Part shown: positions 16,997 to 26,587 of the stretch, piece by piece | Numbering within the stretch: position 1 is the first letter of the stretch | Layout of the letters: each line of letters opens with the position of its first letter | Origin: an uncultured Aquimarina sp. | GTDB taxonomy: Bacteria > Bacteroidota > Bacteroidia > Flavobacteriales > Flavobacteriaceae | Direction: 5' to 3' | NCBI GenBank assembly: GCA_947495425.1 | Contig: CANLYR010000022.1 | Location: forward strand, 360 to 64,359 | Length of the DNA: 64,000 bases | The notes under the pieces: generated by a model | Told to the model about the DNA's origin: nothing | Seen by the model: the letters and a program-made list of their open reading frames with translations, nothing else | Database searches by the model: none | Position numbers and translations under genes: made by a program

Positions 16997-17064
16997 TGTC
17001 TGATTGAGCGCAGTCGAAACCTGTTTTTATAGACTAATTGTTCTCGACTGCGCTCAAACAGACA
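16997..17064. repeat. palindromic element with 21-nt arms and a 26-nt loop
   Basis: TGTCTGATTGAGCGCAGTCGA ... TCGACTGCGCTCAAACAGACA (1 mismatch). Confidence 0.7.
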
Positions 17065-17257
17065 GCAGTACTTGTTATGAAATAATCATTATGAAATAGT
17101 TAAAATCTATATTAGCACGTATTAAACGACTGACCTTTTTAAAAAATTCTCAAAATTGACCATTCCCCATGCAATGAATCACAAGGTTTAGTATGATGAA
17201 CATGAGTCCGATATTAAACATACAAATATCATGCTTTTAATAGCGTGTATAAGTTCC

Positions 17258-17364
17258 TTCTCCTTGGATCAGTTAAAGCTTGGAGTTATATGAGGGTATT
17301 TTCAGATCAAAACCCTCACCTTTGTCCCTGCCTGACGGCAAAGCAAGCTTTACCAGAAGGAGAA
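17258..17364. repeat. nested multi-stem palindromic element just downstream of acs
   Basis: Outer stem TTCTCCTT/AAGGAGAA (17258-65 / 17357-64). Second stem TAAAGCTTG/CAAGCTTTA (17274-82 / 17344-52). These enclose hairpins TGAGGG..CCCTCA (17291-17318) and CTTTG..CAAAG (17320-17343). Confidence 0.45.
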
Positions 17365-17421
17365 ATAACCTATGGGTAACACAACCAAACAAATATCAGT
17401 TGGTTTTATATCGACATCTGG

Positions 17422-19329
17422 CTATAATGCTTTATCCATAATCTCTTTTACTATTTCAGGATTAAGTAATGTACTAGTATCCCCAAGATTGCTGGTATCT
17501 TTTGATGCGATCTTACGCAAAATACGTCGCATAATTTTACCACTTCGGGTTTTTGGAAGCCCTGGCACAAACTGTATCTTATCTAATTTAGCTATTGGTC
17601 CTATACGATCTGTAATTTGTTGATTTACTTCTTTACTTAGATTACCCCTATCCCGTTGTTCTCCGGTTTCTTTTAAAATGATATACCCATATAATGCATT
17701 TCCTTTAACATCATGAGGAAATCCAACGATGGCAGACTCTGCTACAGCCGGGTGCTCATTGATGGCATCTTCGATAGGCGCGGTACCCAAATTATGACCA
17801 GATACAATAATTACATCGTCTACTCTACCTGTGATTCTGTAATATCCAACCTCATCACGTAAGGCACCATCCCCGGTAAAATATTTATTCTCAAATGCCG
17901 AGAAGTACGTCTCTTTAAAGCGTTTATGATTTCCCCAAATCGTTCTTGCCATTGAAGGCCATGGAAATTTGATACACAATCGCCCATCCACTTGATTCCC
18001 TTTTATCTCCTGACCATTTTCATCCATTAATGCAGGTTGTATCCCCGGCATAGGTAAGGTGGCATAGGTGGGCTTAGTAGGGGTTGAGTATGGTATGGGC
18101 GAAATCATAATCCCGCCTGTTTCGGTTTGCCACCATGTATCTACAATGGGAGAATTTTTATGCCCTACGTGATCATTATACCAGTGCCAGGCTTCCTCAT
18201 TTATAGGCTCTCCCACGGTACCCAATACCTTCAGACTAGAGAGATCACGATCAGTAACGTATTCGAGCTTTTCTTTTGCCAATGCTCTAATAGCCGTAGG
18301 TGCTGTGTAGAATTGCGTAATTTTATGCTTCTGCACAATATCCCAAAAACGACCATAGTCTGGGTATGAGGGAACGCCCTCGAACATTACAGTGGTGGCG
18401 CCGTTGGCTAATGGTCCATATACAATGTATGAATGCCCTGTGATCCAACCAATATCGGCAGTACACCAATAAATATCGTTCTCCTGGTATTGAAATACAT
18501 TTTTAAACGTATATGCTGTATATACCATATACCCGGCGGTGGTGTGTAACATTCCTTTTGGCATTCCTGTAGATCCAGATGTATATAAAATAAATAATGG
18601 ATCTTCTGCATCCATAATTTCTGGTACACAGTCTCTGTAGGCTTCATCGAGTAGCGGTTGTAGCCAATGATCCCGACCGGATTTCATATTAATATCAGTG
18701 CCAGTACGCTTAGCCACCAAAACTGAAGTAATACCGGGAGAACTTTCTAGAGCCTCATCGACGATACCTTTTAAATCAATTTTTTTTGTTCCACGACACG
18801 ACCCGTCTGAGGTGATCACCATTTTTGCTTCACAATCGTTAATTCTTGTCGATAGTGCTGTTGCAGAAAATCCTGCAAAAACTACCGAATGTACGGCTCC
18901 TATTCTTGCACATGCCAATACAGAAATAGCAAGTTCGGGGATCATGGGTAAATATATACATACACGATCGCCTTTTTGTATGCCTTGTTCTTTGAGTACA
19001 TTGGCAAACTTACACACACGCTCATGCAATTGCTTGTAGGTAATGTGCTGGGCATCTTCGTTTGGATCGTTAGGCTCAAAAAGAATAGCGGTCTTATGCC
19101 CTCTGTTTTGCAGGTGCCTGTCTATACAGTTTTCTGTGATATTAAGTTGCGCTCCTTCAAACCATTTTATTTCAGGTTTCGTAAAGTCCCAGCTTAATAC
19201 ATTATCCCATTTTTTTCTCCACATAAAGTGTTCTTCTGCTATTTCTGCCCAAAATGTTTCCGGATCTCTTACTGATTTTCGGTATACCTGATAATATTCC
19301 TCTAGATGTTTTATGTGATAATTACTCAT
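17422..19329 (-). CDS. acs: acetyl-CoA synthetase (AMP-forming)
   Basis: Full-length match to the Acs pattern: YTSGSTGMPKG AMP-binding motif, WWQTETGG, GRVDDVIIVSGHNLGTAPIE, and C-terminal PKTRSGKIMRRILRKIA. Confidence 0.95.
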   Translation of the reverse strand: MSNYHIKHLEEYYQVYRKSVRDPETFWAEIAEEHFMWRKKWDNVLSWDFTKPEIKWFEGAQLNITENCIDRHLQNRGHKTAILFEPNDPNEDAQHITYKQLHERVCKFANVLKEQGIQKGDRVCIYLPMIPELAISVLACARIGAVHSVVFAGFSATALSTRINDCEAKMVITSDGSCRGTKKIDLKGIVDEALESSPGITSVLVAKRTGTDINMKSGRDHWLQPLLDEAYRDCVPEIMDAEDPLFILYTSGSTGMPKGMLHTTAGYMVYTAYTFKNVFQYQENDIYWCTADIGWITGHSYIVYGPLANGATTVMFEGVPSYPDYGRFWDIVQKHKITQFYTAPTAIRALAKEKLEYVTDRDLSSLKVLGTVGEPINEEAWHWYNDHVGHKNSPIVDTWWQTETGGIMISPIPYSTPTKPTYATLPMPGIQPALMDENGQEIKGNQVDGRLCIKFPWPSMARTIWGNHKRFKETYFSAFENKYFTGDGALRDEVGYYRITGRVDDVIIVSGHNLGTAPIEDAINEHPAVAESAIVGFPHDVKGNALYGYIILKETGEQRDRGNLSKEVNQQITDRIGPIAKLDKIQFVPGLPKTRSGKIMRRILRKIASKDTSNLGDTSTLLNPEIVKEIMDKAL

Positions 19330-19733
19330 TGTTGGTGTATTTATTTTGTTTTTATTCTACGTGTTTTATTTTTTTATTTGAGATTTGAATGCTCTGAGGC
19401 TTACCATGAAAATTCAACCCCCTTTTTTCATAATATCCCTGGGTGTTTCCAACGATTGTTATTTCTTTTTATTTTTTTCTTTAAACAGGCCAAACCAGTT
19501 TGGGTTTAATATTTTTAATTTGATTAAAACCCATAATATGGCTACAAAACATACGCCTATGACCATAGAATTTAATGTACTTATAGGCCTTTGATTTTCT
19601 AATTTGAATCGAAGATATAGTGATACAATAACATATATACTTATTATTATATCAGATACTAAGGGTGATACTCGTAAATTCATTTCTAAACGTTTTATAT
19701 GTGCTATTCAATTTTTTATAGATCACTTCATCG

Positions 19734-20096
19734 TTACTGAAGCAAGTCATTTATCTCTGAAACTAATTTCTTTACAGAAAATGGTTTTGTTAAATACTTA
19801 TCTGCGCCAAGTTGTAGTCCTTTTTCGATATCGGTGGCTTTGTTCTTTGCCGAAAGAAATACTACTTTGGTATTTTTGAGTGTGTTATTGTTTTTTATCT
19901 GCTTTAAAGTTTCATATCCATCTACATTAGGCATCATAATATCTAATAGTACTACATCAGGGGTCTTATCGACTGCGATTTGTAATGCCTCATTTCCGTC
20001 GCGGGCGATATACACTTCAAAATTCTTTTTCTTGAAGCTATACTCCAAAGACATTACTATATTAGGTTCATCATCAACAATCAAAATCTTCTTCAT
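19734..20096 (-). CDS. stand-alone receiver-domain response regulator (no output domain)
   Basis: KILIVDDEPNI, LDIMMPNVDG (phospho-Asp context), SAK...KPF. Only 120 aa. Confidence 0.85.
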   Translation of the reverse strand: MKKILIVDDEPNIVMSLEYSFKKKNFEVYIARDGNEALQIAVDKTPDVVLLDIMMPNVDGYETLKQIKNNNTLKNTKVVFLSAKNKATDIEKGLQLGADKYLTKPFSVKKLVSEINDLLQ

Positions 20097-20137
20097 TGAT
20101 TAATTTTTAATAGGTTTTTACACATGTTGAGGCTACT

Positions 20138-22822
20138 TTATTTGGGTATTGTAAATACTACACGTGCTCCTGTTTTATATTTTTTGTCGATCCAAATGGT
20201 TCCGCGATGGCTCTCAACTATCTTTTTGCTAATTGCTAATCCAAGACCACTTCCAATGGGTTTTTTGATATTTTGATATTTTGATTGATAGAACTTATCA
20301 AAAATATACTTCATGTCTTCTTTTGGAATACCTTTTCCGTTATCGGCAACGGCCACTTCGATTTGATGTTTTTTATCCTGAGTAGCAATTGTAATAATTC
20401 CGGTATTGGGTTCTGTAAATTTTAGGGCATTAGATAACAAATTAGTTAACACCTGTAACATCCGATCTTCATCATATGAGGCATTGATTAATACATCATT
20501 TTGATATTCTACTTTAATCCCTTTGTTCTGTGCTATTTGATGTACTCCCATAATCGCCTTTTTTATGGTACCATGCATAGGATTGGGTTGTATTTCTAAA
20601 TATTCTCTTCCTCCGGAAAGCTTTTCAAAATCTAAAATATCATGAATTAGCCGCGCCAAACGATCTGCATCAATGACAATGTTCTCTAAAAATTTATTCC
20701 GAAGTTCATCTGGCATACTCTCCTCATCTGTTAATACTTCTGAGGCGGCTTTGATTGATGTTATCGGCGTCTTTAATTCGTGTGCTATGGTATCCAAAAA
20801 TTCATCTTTCAATCGATCTTGTTCTAGTAATTCACTATTTGCATTTCTTAATTGTTCTGTAAGTTGGGTTAACTCATCTGATTTTTCTTTTAGCACCTTA
20901 TTTACGGCAATCGTTTCTTTTGATTCTTCCAGAATTTTTAATACTTCCAGAAGACTCACGGGTTGCTCTTTGGCTACGCTACTAATCAAAATTCTAGCAG
21001 ATGCACTACCTATGCTACCTGTAAGTAGTTTTTCAGAAAAATTAATCAGCCTTGCATCGGCCATTTCTTCTTCTTTAGAAATCCCATACTTCAAATTAAA
21101 AAGATGAAGTGCCCGCTCTGTTCGTTCTTCTCCCAAAAAACGGTTTAATACATTTCGTATATCAGAAACATAGGCTTCTCCTTTCCATACATAAGCACCA
21201 TCTTGTAAATTTGTATAGTTACTACTATTTACAAACATCTCGGCATAATTACGTTCGCGGTAATTCCCTTTAGAACGTATGGATATAACCAAAAAACTGA
21301 ACGTGTTCAAAAACATACTCCAAAAGAAAGCATGTGCTTCTGGAGATAGAAAATCAATACCCAAAAACTGATACGGTTTTAATAGCTCGATGCCAAACAA
21401 TCCTTTTTCTACGAAAGTATTGTTCCCTGTGAGCACATTAAATACAAAAGGCAAAATCAATGTATAGATTACCATTAAAGTCCCGATGATCATCCCAGTT
21501 TTTGCTGCTTTGGCAGAGCCACGATTCCAAAATAACCCGATGAAGAATGATGGTGCTAATTGGGCAATAACTACAAAAGAAATTAGCCCTATAGAAAACA
21601 AAGATAATTCGTAAGAAAAATTAATGTAAAAAAAGTAGGCAATAATGATTAAAGAAAAAATCGAAATCCTTCTTATGTTTTTAATATAGTTAGCATTTTT
21701 CTGAGGGTTTCCTTTTATGAATTTATCCAGAAAACCATATGGAATGATTAGATTATTACTGAGCATAGTAGATAATGCTAAAGTAGAAACAACAACCATC
21801 GAAATCACAGCAGAAAATCCACCAAAAAAGACCAACGTAGCTAATGCCAAGTTATTATTTTGAAGCGGTAAAAGAAGTGTATAATAATCATGATTTACTG
21901 CTCCGGGTAATGAAAGATTGCCCGCCCATGCAATAAAAATTACAAAAACATTAAATAGTAACAGATATAAAGGAAATAGCCATATTGCTTTTTTTAAATA
22001 CTTTTCTCTATCATTCTCTACAACCGCTACGTGAAATTGTCTTGGTAGCAAAAAGATAGCAAAGAAAGAAAGCATGATCGTAAACATCCAATTAAATCCT
22101 GCTTCGAGCCCATTAAAAGATGTAATCGCTTTAAAATTTTCTAATTGTGATGCTTTTTGATAGATATCTGTAGTCCCATCAAATAAAAAGAAGGTAACAT
22201 AAATACCCGCAATTAAGAAAAATATAAGTTTCAATATAGATTCTACAGCGACTGTAGTCATAATACCTTTTCTACGTTGTGAAGCATCTGTGGCCTGAGT
22301 CCCAAAAAAAGCAACAAAAATTGCTAATAGTACAGCGATATAAAATGTAGAATCGTCTAATACTGATGTAGAAATATAACTGGTTTCATCTGTGATAATT
22401 TCAAAAGTTTCTGAAATTGCTTTGAGTTGTAGAGAAATATAAGGTACAATTCCAAATACACAAATCATGGTTACTAATGCTCCCAAAAAACGGCTGTTCC
22501 CGTAGCGTAAGGAAATAAAATCTGCAATACTCGAAATCTTATGTTGTTTAGAAATTCGTATAATCTTACGCATTACCAAAATCCATAATGGTAAAGAAAT
22601 CACTGGTCCCAGGTATATGGTTAAAAAGCTAATTCCGGATTGTGAAGCAATACCTACACTACCATAATATGTCCAGGCCGAACAATACACTGCCAAAGAT
22701 AACACATAGATATAGGGATTATTTACCCACTTGCTTTTGGAGTTTTTCTCTGCCCAAAAAGCAATGAAGAACAAACAAGCCAAATAGGCAATGATGATAG
22801 ATATCAAAAAATAATTATTCAT
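20138..22822 (-). CDS. sensor histidine kinase fused to an N-terminal sodium:solute symporter (SLC5/SSS) domain (CbrA/CrbS-like architecture, no receiver)
   Basis: About 13 TM helices with an SSS-like pattern; coiled-coil; H box DTIAHELKTPITSI; N box NLLSNALKF; G1 DNGKGIP; G2 GSGLGLAISKKIV. The ATG at 22822 is preferred because the track start at 22855 is TTG. Confidence 0.85.
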   Translation of the reverse strand: MNNYFLISIIIAYLACLFFIAFWAEKNSKSKWVNNPYIYVLSLAVYCSAWTYYGSVGIASQSGISFLTIYLGPVISLPLWILVMRKIIRISKQHKISSIADFISLRYGNSRFLGALVTMICVFGIVPYISLQLKAISETFEIITDETSYISTSVLDDSTFYIAVLLAIFVAFFGTQATDASQRRKGIMTTVAVESILKLIFFLIAGIYVTFFLFDGTTDIYQKASQLENFKAITSFNGLEAGFNWMFTIMLSFFAIFLLPRQFHVAVVENDREKYLKKAIWLFPLYLLLFNVFVIFIAWAGNLSLPGAVNHDYYTLLLPLQNNNLALATLVFFGGFSAVISMVVVSTLALSTMLSNNLIIPYGFLDKFIKGNPQKNANYIKNIRRISIFSLIIIAYFFYINFSYELSLFSIGLISFVVIAQLAPSFFIGLFWNRGSAKAAKTGMIIGTLMVIYTLILPFVFNVLTGNNTFVEKGLFGIELLKPYQFLGIDFLSPEAHAFFWSMFLNTFSFLVISIRSKGNYRERNYAEMFVNSSNYTNLQDGAYVWKGEAYVSDIRNVLNRFLGEERTERALHLFNLKYGISKEEEMADARLINFSEKLLTGSIGSASARILISSVAKEQPVSLLEVLKILEESKETIAVNKVLKEKSDELTQLTEQLRNANSELLEQDRLKDEFLDTIAHELKTPITSIKAASEVLTDEESMPDELRNKFLENIVIDADRLARLIHDILDFEKLSGGREYLEIQPNPMHGTIKKAIMGVHQIAQNKGIKVEYQNDVLINASYDEDRMLQVLTNLLSNALKFTEPNTGIITIATQDKKHQIEVAVADNGKGIPKEDMKYIFDKFYQSKYQNIKKPIGSGLGLAISKKIVESHRGTIWIDKKYKTGARVVFTIPK

Positions 22823-23027
22823 AATGCCTGTGTAAAATGACAAATGATATAACAACAGCTATAATCCAAATGAGAAAAATAAAGAAATAAACCAACGGAA
22901 ACCCAAAAATTTCTCCAGACTGATCAAAAATGAGTATCAATGGTACATTCCACAGTAAAAACAGCACAATAGAAAGTATAATAAGCTTTTGTTGATGTCT
23001 TTTTTTCATTTGGTAAATTTGAACCAT
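22815..23027 (-). CDS. small two-TM membrane protein translationally coupled to the SSS-kinase
   Basis: 70-aa ORF. Its stop overlaps the kinase ATG by 8 nt (ATGAATAA at 22822-22815). Confidence 0.5.
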   Translation of the reverse strand: MVQIYQMKKRHQQKLIILSIVLFLLWNVPLILIFDQSGEIFGFPLVYFFIFLIWIIAVVISFVILHRHYE

Positions 23028-23166
23028 ATAAAGTTAGGGAAAAAACGAGATGTATTCATCACTTACGAATACACCAATACGAAAATCCCAATCTGCATTG
23101 GAATACATTCAATAGTATATTCTGACTACCTGAAAAAACAGGTAGTCAGAATGTCCTTTGACTTCA

Positions 23167-24939
23167 TTAGTGTGAGGACGCTTCTCCTGCTCCACTTGGG
23201 ATTCTTATATTCTCTACTATATCTTGTACATTTTCTGGTGGTGCTGGTGTCATCCTAGAAACGACAACAGAGATAACAACATTTACAATCATGGCAATGG
23301 TACCAAATCCTTCTGGGGAGGTTCCAAACCACCACTCACTCGAAGGTTTTGCATCCATGACTCCTATCAATCCTGTTTTATACCTAATCATATAAAATAG
23401 CATTATTGTAATACCGACAACCATTCCGGCTACAGCTCCTTGTCTATTCATCCTTTTATCAAAAATACCCAGGATAATGGCCGGAAAGAAGGATGCAGCA
23501 GCCAAACCGAATGCCAGGGCGACGACCGCAGCTACAAATCCTGGTGGATAGATCCCAAATAATCCGGCAATGATAATGGCAACCAAAATACTAATGCGTG
23601 CAGCCAAAAGCTCACCTTTATCTGAAATATCTGGCTTAAGTTGTTTTTTGATCAAATCATGAGAGATCGACGTCGAGATCACCAACAATAATCCTGCTGC
23701 TGTTGACAATGCTGCTGCTAATCCCCCTGCTGCTACTAATGCAATTACCCAGTTTGGTAGTTTTGCAATCTCTGGATTAGCCAATACCATAATATCTCTA
23801 TCTACATACAATTCATTGGCAGAATTATTGGCATTGGTTACCAAACGTTCGCCATGCGCACCTCGTTCTTCAGTATATTTTGGTTTGCCATCTGTAGCAC
23901 TACCATTTACGTACTGAATCTTACCATCATTATTTTTATCTGACCAGGCGATAAGCCCAGTGTTTTCCCAATTTTTAAACCACTCTGGTACTTCTTTATA
24001 TTCTGTATTGCTTACCGTTTCTATTAAATTTGTTCTTGCAAACACTGCTATTGCGGGTGCTGTGGTATATAAGATCGCAATAAAAAGTAAAGCTAATCCA
24101 GCAGATTTACGAGCATCTTTTACTTTAGGTACGGTAAAGAAACGTACGATAACATGTGGTAATCCAGCTGTACCGGCCATTAATGCCAAGGTAATTGCAA
24201 AAACATCCCAGGTCGATTTTGTGCCACTCGTATATTCATTAAATCCTAATTGTGTGTGTAATGCATCTAACTTATCCAATAAAAAAGTGCCATCTTCTAC
24301 TGTGCCCCCCATTCCTAATTGCGGAATGATATTACCCGTCATTTGCATAGAAATAAAGAATGCGGGCACCATAAATGCAAATATTAATACGCAATATTGT
24401 GCTACCTGTGTATAGGTAATTCCTTTCATCCCACCCAGAAATGCAAAAACTAATACGACAGCCATACCTATAACCACACCCAAATTAATATCTACCTGCA
24501 AAAACTGTGAAAACACAATTCCCACACCTCGCATCTGACCCGCAACATAAGTAAAGGAAACAATAAGTGCGCAGATTACGGCTACGGTTCTTGCTGTGTT
24601 GGAGTAATATCGATCTCCAATAAAATCGGGTACCGTAAATTTTCCAAACTTTCTGAGATAGGGTGCTAATAGTAAGGCTAGCAGCACGTATCCACCGGTC
24701 CAGCCCATCAGATACACCGAACCATCATACCCGCTAAAGGAGATGATCCCCGCCATCGAGATAAATGATGCTGCACTCATCCAGTCGGCAGCTGTTGCCA
24801 TACCGTTAGCCAATGGAGAAACGCCTCCTCCGGCTACATAAAATTCTTTTGTTGATCCGGCTCTTGCCCAAATGGCTATCCCGAAATAAAGAGCAAAAGT
24901 AACTCCTACTAAAATCCATGTCCATACTTGAACGCTCAT
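23167..24939 (-). CDS. sodium:solute symporter family transporter, ActP-like (large subunit of the DUF4212-associated type)
   Basis: 590 aa, about 13-14 TM helices, SSS motifs (GGGVSPLANGMATAADWMSAASFISMAG). Gene context is acs plus a DUF4212 partner. Confidence 0.8.
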   Translation of the reverse strand: MSVQVWTWILVGVTFALYFGIAIWARAGSTKEFYVAGGGVSPLANGMATAADWMSAASFISMAGIISFSGYDGSVYLMGWTGGYVLLALLLAPYLRKFGKFTVPDFIGDRYYSNTARTVAVICALIVSFTYVAGQMRGVGIVFSQFLQVDINLGVVIGMAVVLVFAFLGGMKGITYTQVAQYCVLIFAFMVPAFFISMQMTGNIIPQLGMGGTVEDGTFLLDKLDALHTQLGFNEYTSGTKSTWDVFAITLALMAGTAGLPHVIVRFFTVPKVKDARKSAGLALLFIAILYTTAPAIAVFARTNLIETVSNTEYKEVPEWFKNWENTGLIAWSDKNNDGKIQYVNGSATDGKPKYTEERGAHGERLVTNANNSANELYVDRDIMVLANPEIAKLPNWVIALVAAGGLAAALSTAAGLLLVISTSISHDLIKKQLKPDISDKGELLAARISILVAIIIAGLFGIYPPGFVAAVVALAFGLAAASFFPAIILGIFDKRMNRQGAVAGMVVGITIMLFYMIRYKTGLIGVMDAKPSSEWWFGTSPEGFGTIAMIVNVVISVVVSRMTPAPPENVQDIVENIRIPSGAGEASSH

Positions 24940-24969
24940 AATACTATATTTTTTTGGTTAGTGTTAAGA

Positions 24970-25227
24970 TTACTCATTGTAACCATATTTTTTATCTAGT
25001 TTATTCATCAATCGGACATATACGAAGATGAGGATTACAAAAACGTATATCGAACCTTGTTGTGCAAACCAGAATCCTAGTTTAAACCCTCCTAGTCTAA
25101 TACTGTTTAGTGCATCTTTGAATAGTATACCTGCACCATAAGAAACCAAAAACCATATCGTTAATAGAATTACCAGATATCTGAGGTTTTCTTTCCAATA
25201 GGCTACTGCTTTTTGTTTATCTGTCAT
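24970..25227 (-). CDS. DUF4212-type small subunit of the solute:sodium symporter
   Basis: 85 aa, two TM helices, WKENLRYL...FWFAQQGSIYVFVILIFVY pattern. Lies immediately upstream of the symporter. Confidence 0.7.
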   Translation of the reverse strand: MTDKQKAVAYWKENLRYLVILLTIWFLVSYGAGILFKDALNSIRLGGFKLGFWFAQQGSIYVFVILIFVYVRLMNKLDKKYGYNE

Positions 25228-25238
25228 AATATTGAATT

Positions 25239-26477
25239 TTATAAATAGATCATTGCTTGAAGTGTTACTGTACTTTGAGAATCATTGTCACCGTAGGTAG
25301 TATTAAGATACTCTAAAGTTAATTTTGAATGATGCCCGCTGAAGAATGCATTCACACCAATACCAAAGGTATTGGCATTATCGTCAATTGCATCTATAGT
25401 TCTATTATTGAATGAAGTATACGGCTGAAATCGAATCTCTTTATTTTCACTGGGAATTACATACCCAACATGACCGTAGATCATAGCGCCGGTTTCATAT
25501 GTTGTTCCCAACGTAAAATCTTCTCCATAATCATTATTTTGGTATGTAGCATACGCAGTAATCGCAGAGCCATTCTCTCCTAGTGGTGCATCATAAAAAG
25601 CATCAACTGCAAAAATTGCAACATCCTGTCCTTCTACAGTACCATCATTATTTATGAATGTACTACCATCAGGGTGATAAAAGAATCCTGCTCCTACATT
25701 AAATACTTTTTTGCCTCCTAAATACGTACCTACTTTATACGGTAAAAAATTAGATTCCTGATCCAAAAAATTGTAATCAAAATATCCCGCAAAATTCTTT
25801 CCGGCATCTTTAGAGCCTAACACTTCTCTACCGTTATAAAAAGATTGACCAAAATTTAAAGCATCAGTAATATCTAAATTGTCCAACGTATTAGTACCTG
25901 ATTCGTTAACAGATACCCGATATTGTAATTTCCCAAAAGAACCTTTGAAATAAACACCAATATGTCTTGCGAACTGGTCAGACAGCCCTATGGTTGCCCA
26001 AGATTGCCTATTATTATCTAAGGTCAAAAGATTGAGAGTACTTTGGTTATTAAGACGAGAGATCCCATTCCAATAATGCAATCCTCCCCCTACAGCATGC
26101 TTTTCTCCCAAGCTATACTGTAGCCAAAAATCATGAAAGAATAGTTGAGAACGATCACCAGTTCCTACAGGGCTTTGGTTATCAGCGTTTAAGCTATTGA
26201 GTCCAAAATGAGTAAGGATTAAAAAATCTTTATTGATTTGAGAATAGCTTAAAATACGCGCTCTACGAATACTGAAATCGGTACTACTAACGTCATCTGG
26301 AACATCATCTTGATATTGTGCCCAAAATTGGCCCCAGGAGATAATTCTAAAATATTTGGAACCATCTTCATTAAGTTTCACTTTGATCCCTCCTTCATAA
26401 TCAGGAGACCCCTGTGAATACGTAAATTGTAAAGTAAAAATTACTAAACTAAACAATAGCATGAATTGTTTTTTCAT
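25239..26477 (-). CDS. putative outer-membrane porin
   Basis: Signal peptide, alternating beta-strand pattern, rich in aromatics, Gly and Asn. It is the first gene of the symporter operon. Confidence 0.55.
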   Translation of the reverse strand: MKKQFMLLFSLVIFTLQFTYSQGSPDYEGGIKVKLNEDGSKYFRIISWGQFWAQYQDDVPDDVSSTDFSIRRARILSYSQINKDFLILTHFGLNSLNADNQSPVGTGDRSQLFFHDFWLQYSLGEKHAVGGGLHYWNGISRLNNQSTLNLLTLDNNRQSWATIGLSDQFARHIGVYFKGSFGKLQYRVSVNESGTNTLDNLDITDALNFGQSFYNGREVLGSKDAGKNFAGYFDYNFLDQESNFLPYKVGTYLGGKKVFNVGAGFFYHPDGSTFINNDGTVEGQDVAIFAVDAFYDAPLGENGSAITAYATYQNNDYGEDFTLGTTYETGAMIYGHVGYVIPSENKEIRFQPYTSFNNRTIDAIDDNANTFGIGVNAFFSGHHSKLTLEYLNTTYGDNDSQSTVTLQAMIYL

Positions 26478-26587
26478 AAAGTTTTAAAGATTAGATTTAT
26501 ATTAAACTGATTGTGTGTGTACAACGAATCTCTTAAAAACTATGAGTTAACAAAAAAATAATATGCTTTTTTGTTAATTTAATATAT

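Noticed and set aside
17372-17623. Plus-strand 83-aa ORF overlapping the 3' end of acs
   Set aside because: It is antisense to the highly conserved Acs C terminus, and its upstream part lies in the palindromic element.
19306-19879. Small ORFs (19306..19509, 19385..19594, 19459..19683, 19604..19879) between acs and the receiver gene
   Set aside because: They are mutually overlapping and low-complexity (F/I/L-rich) in an AT-rich promoter spacer, and the last one is antisense to the response-regulator gene.
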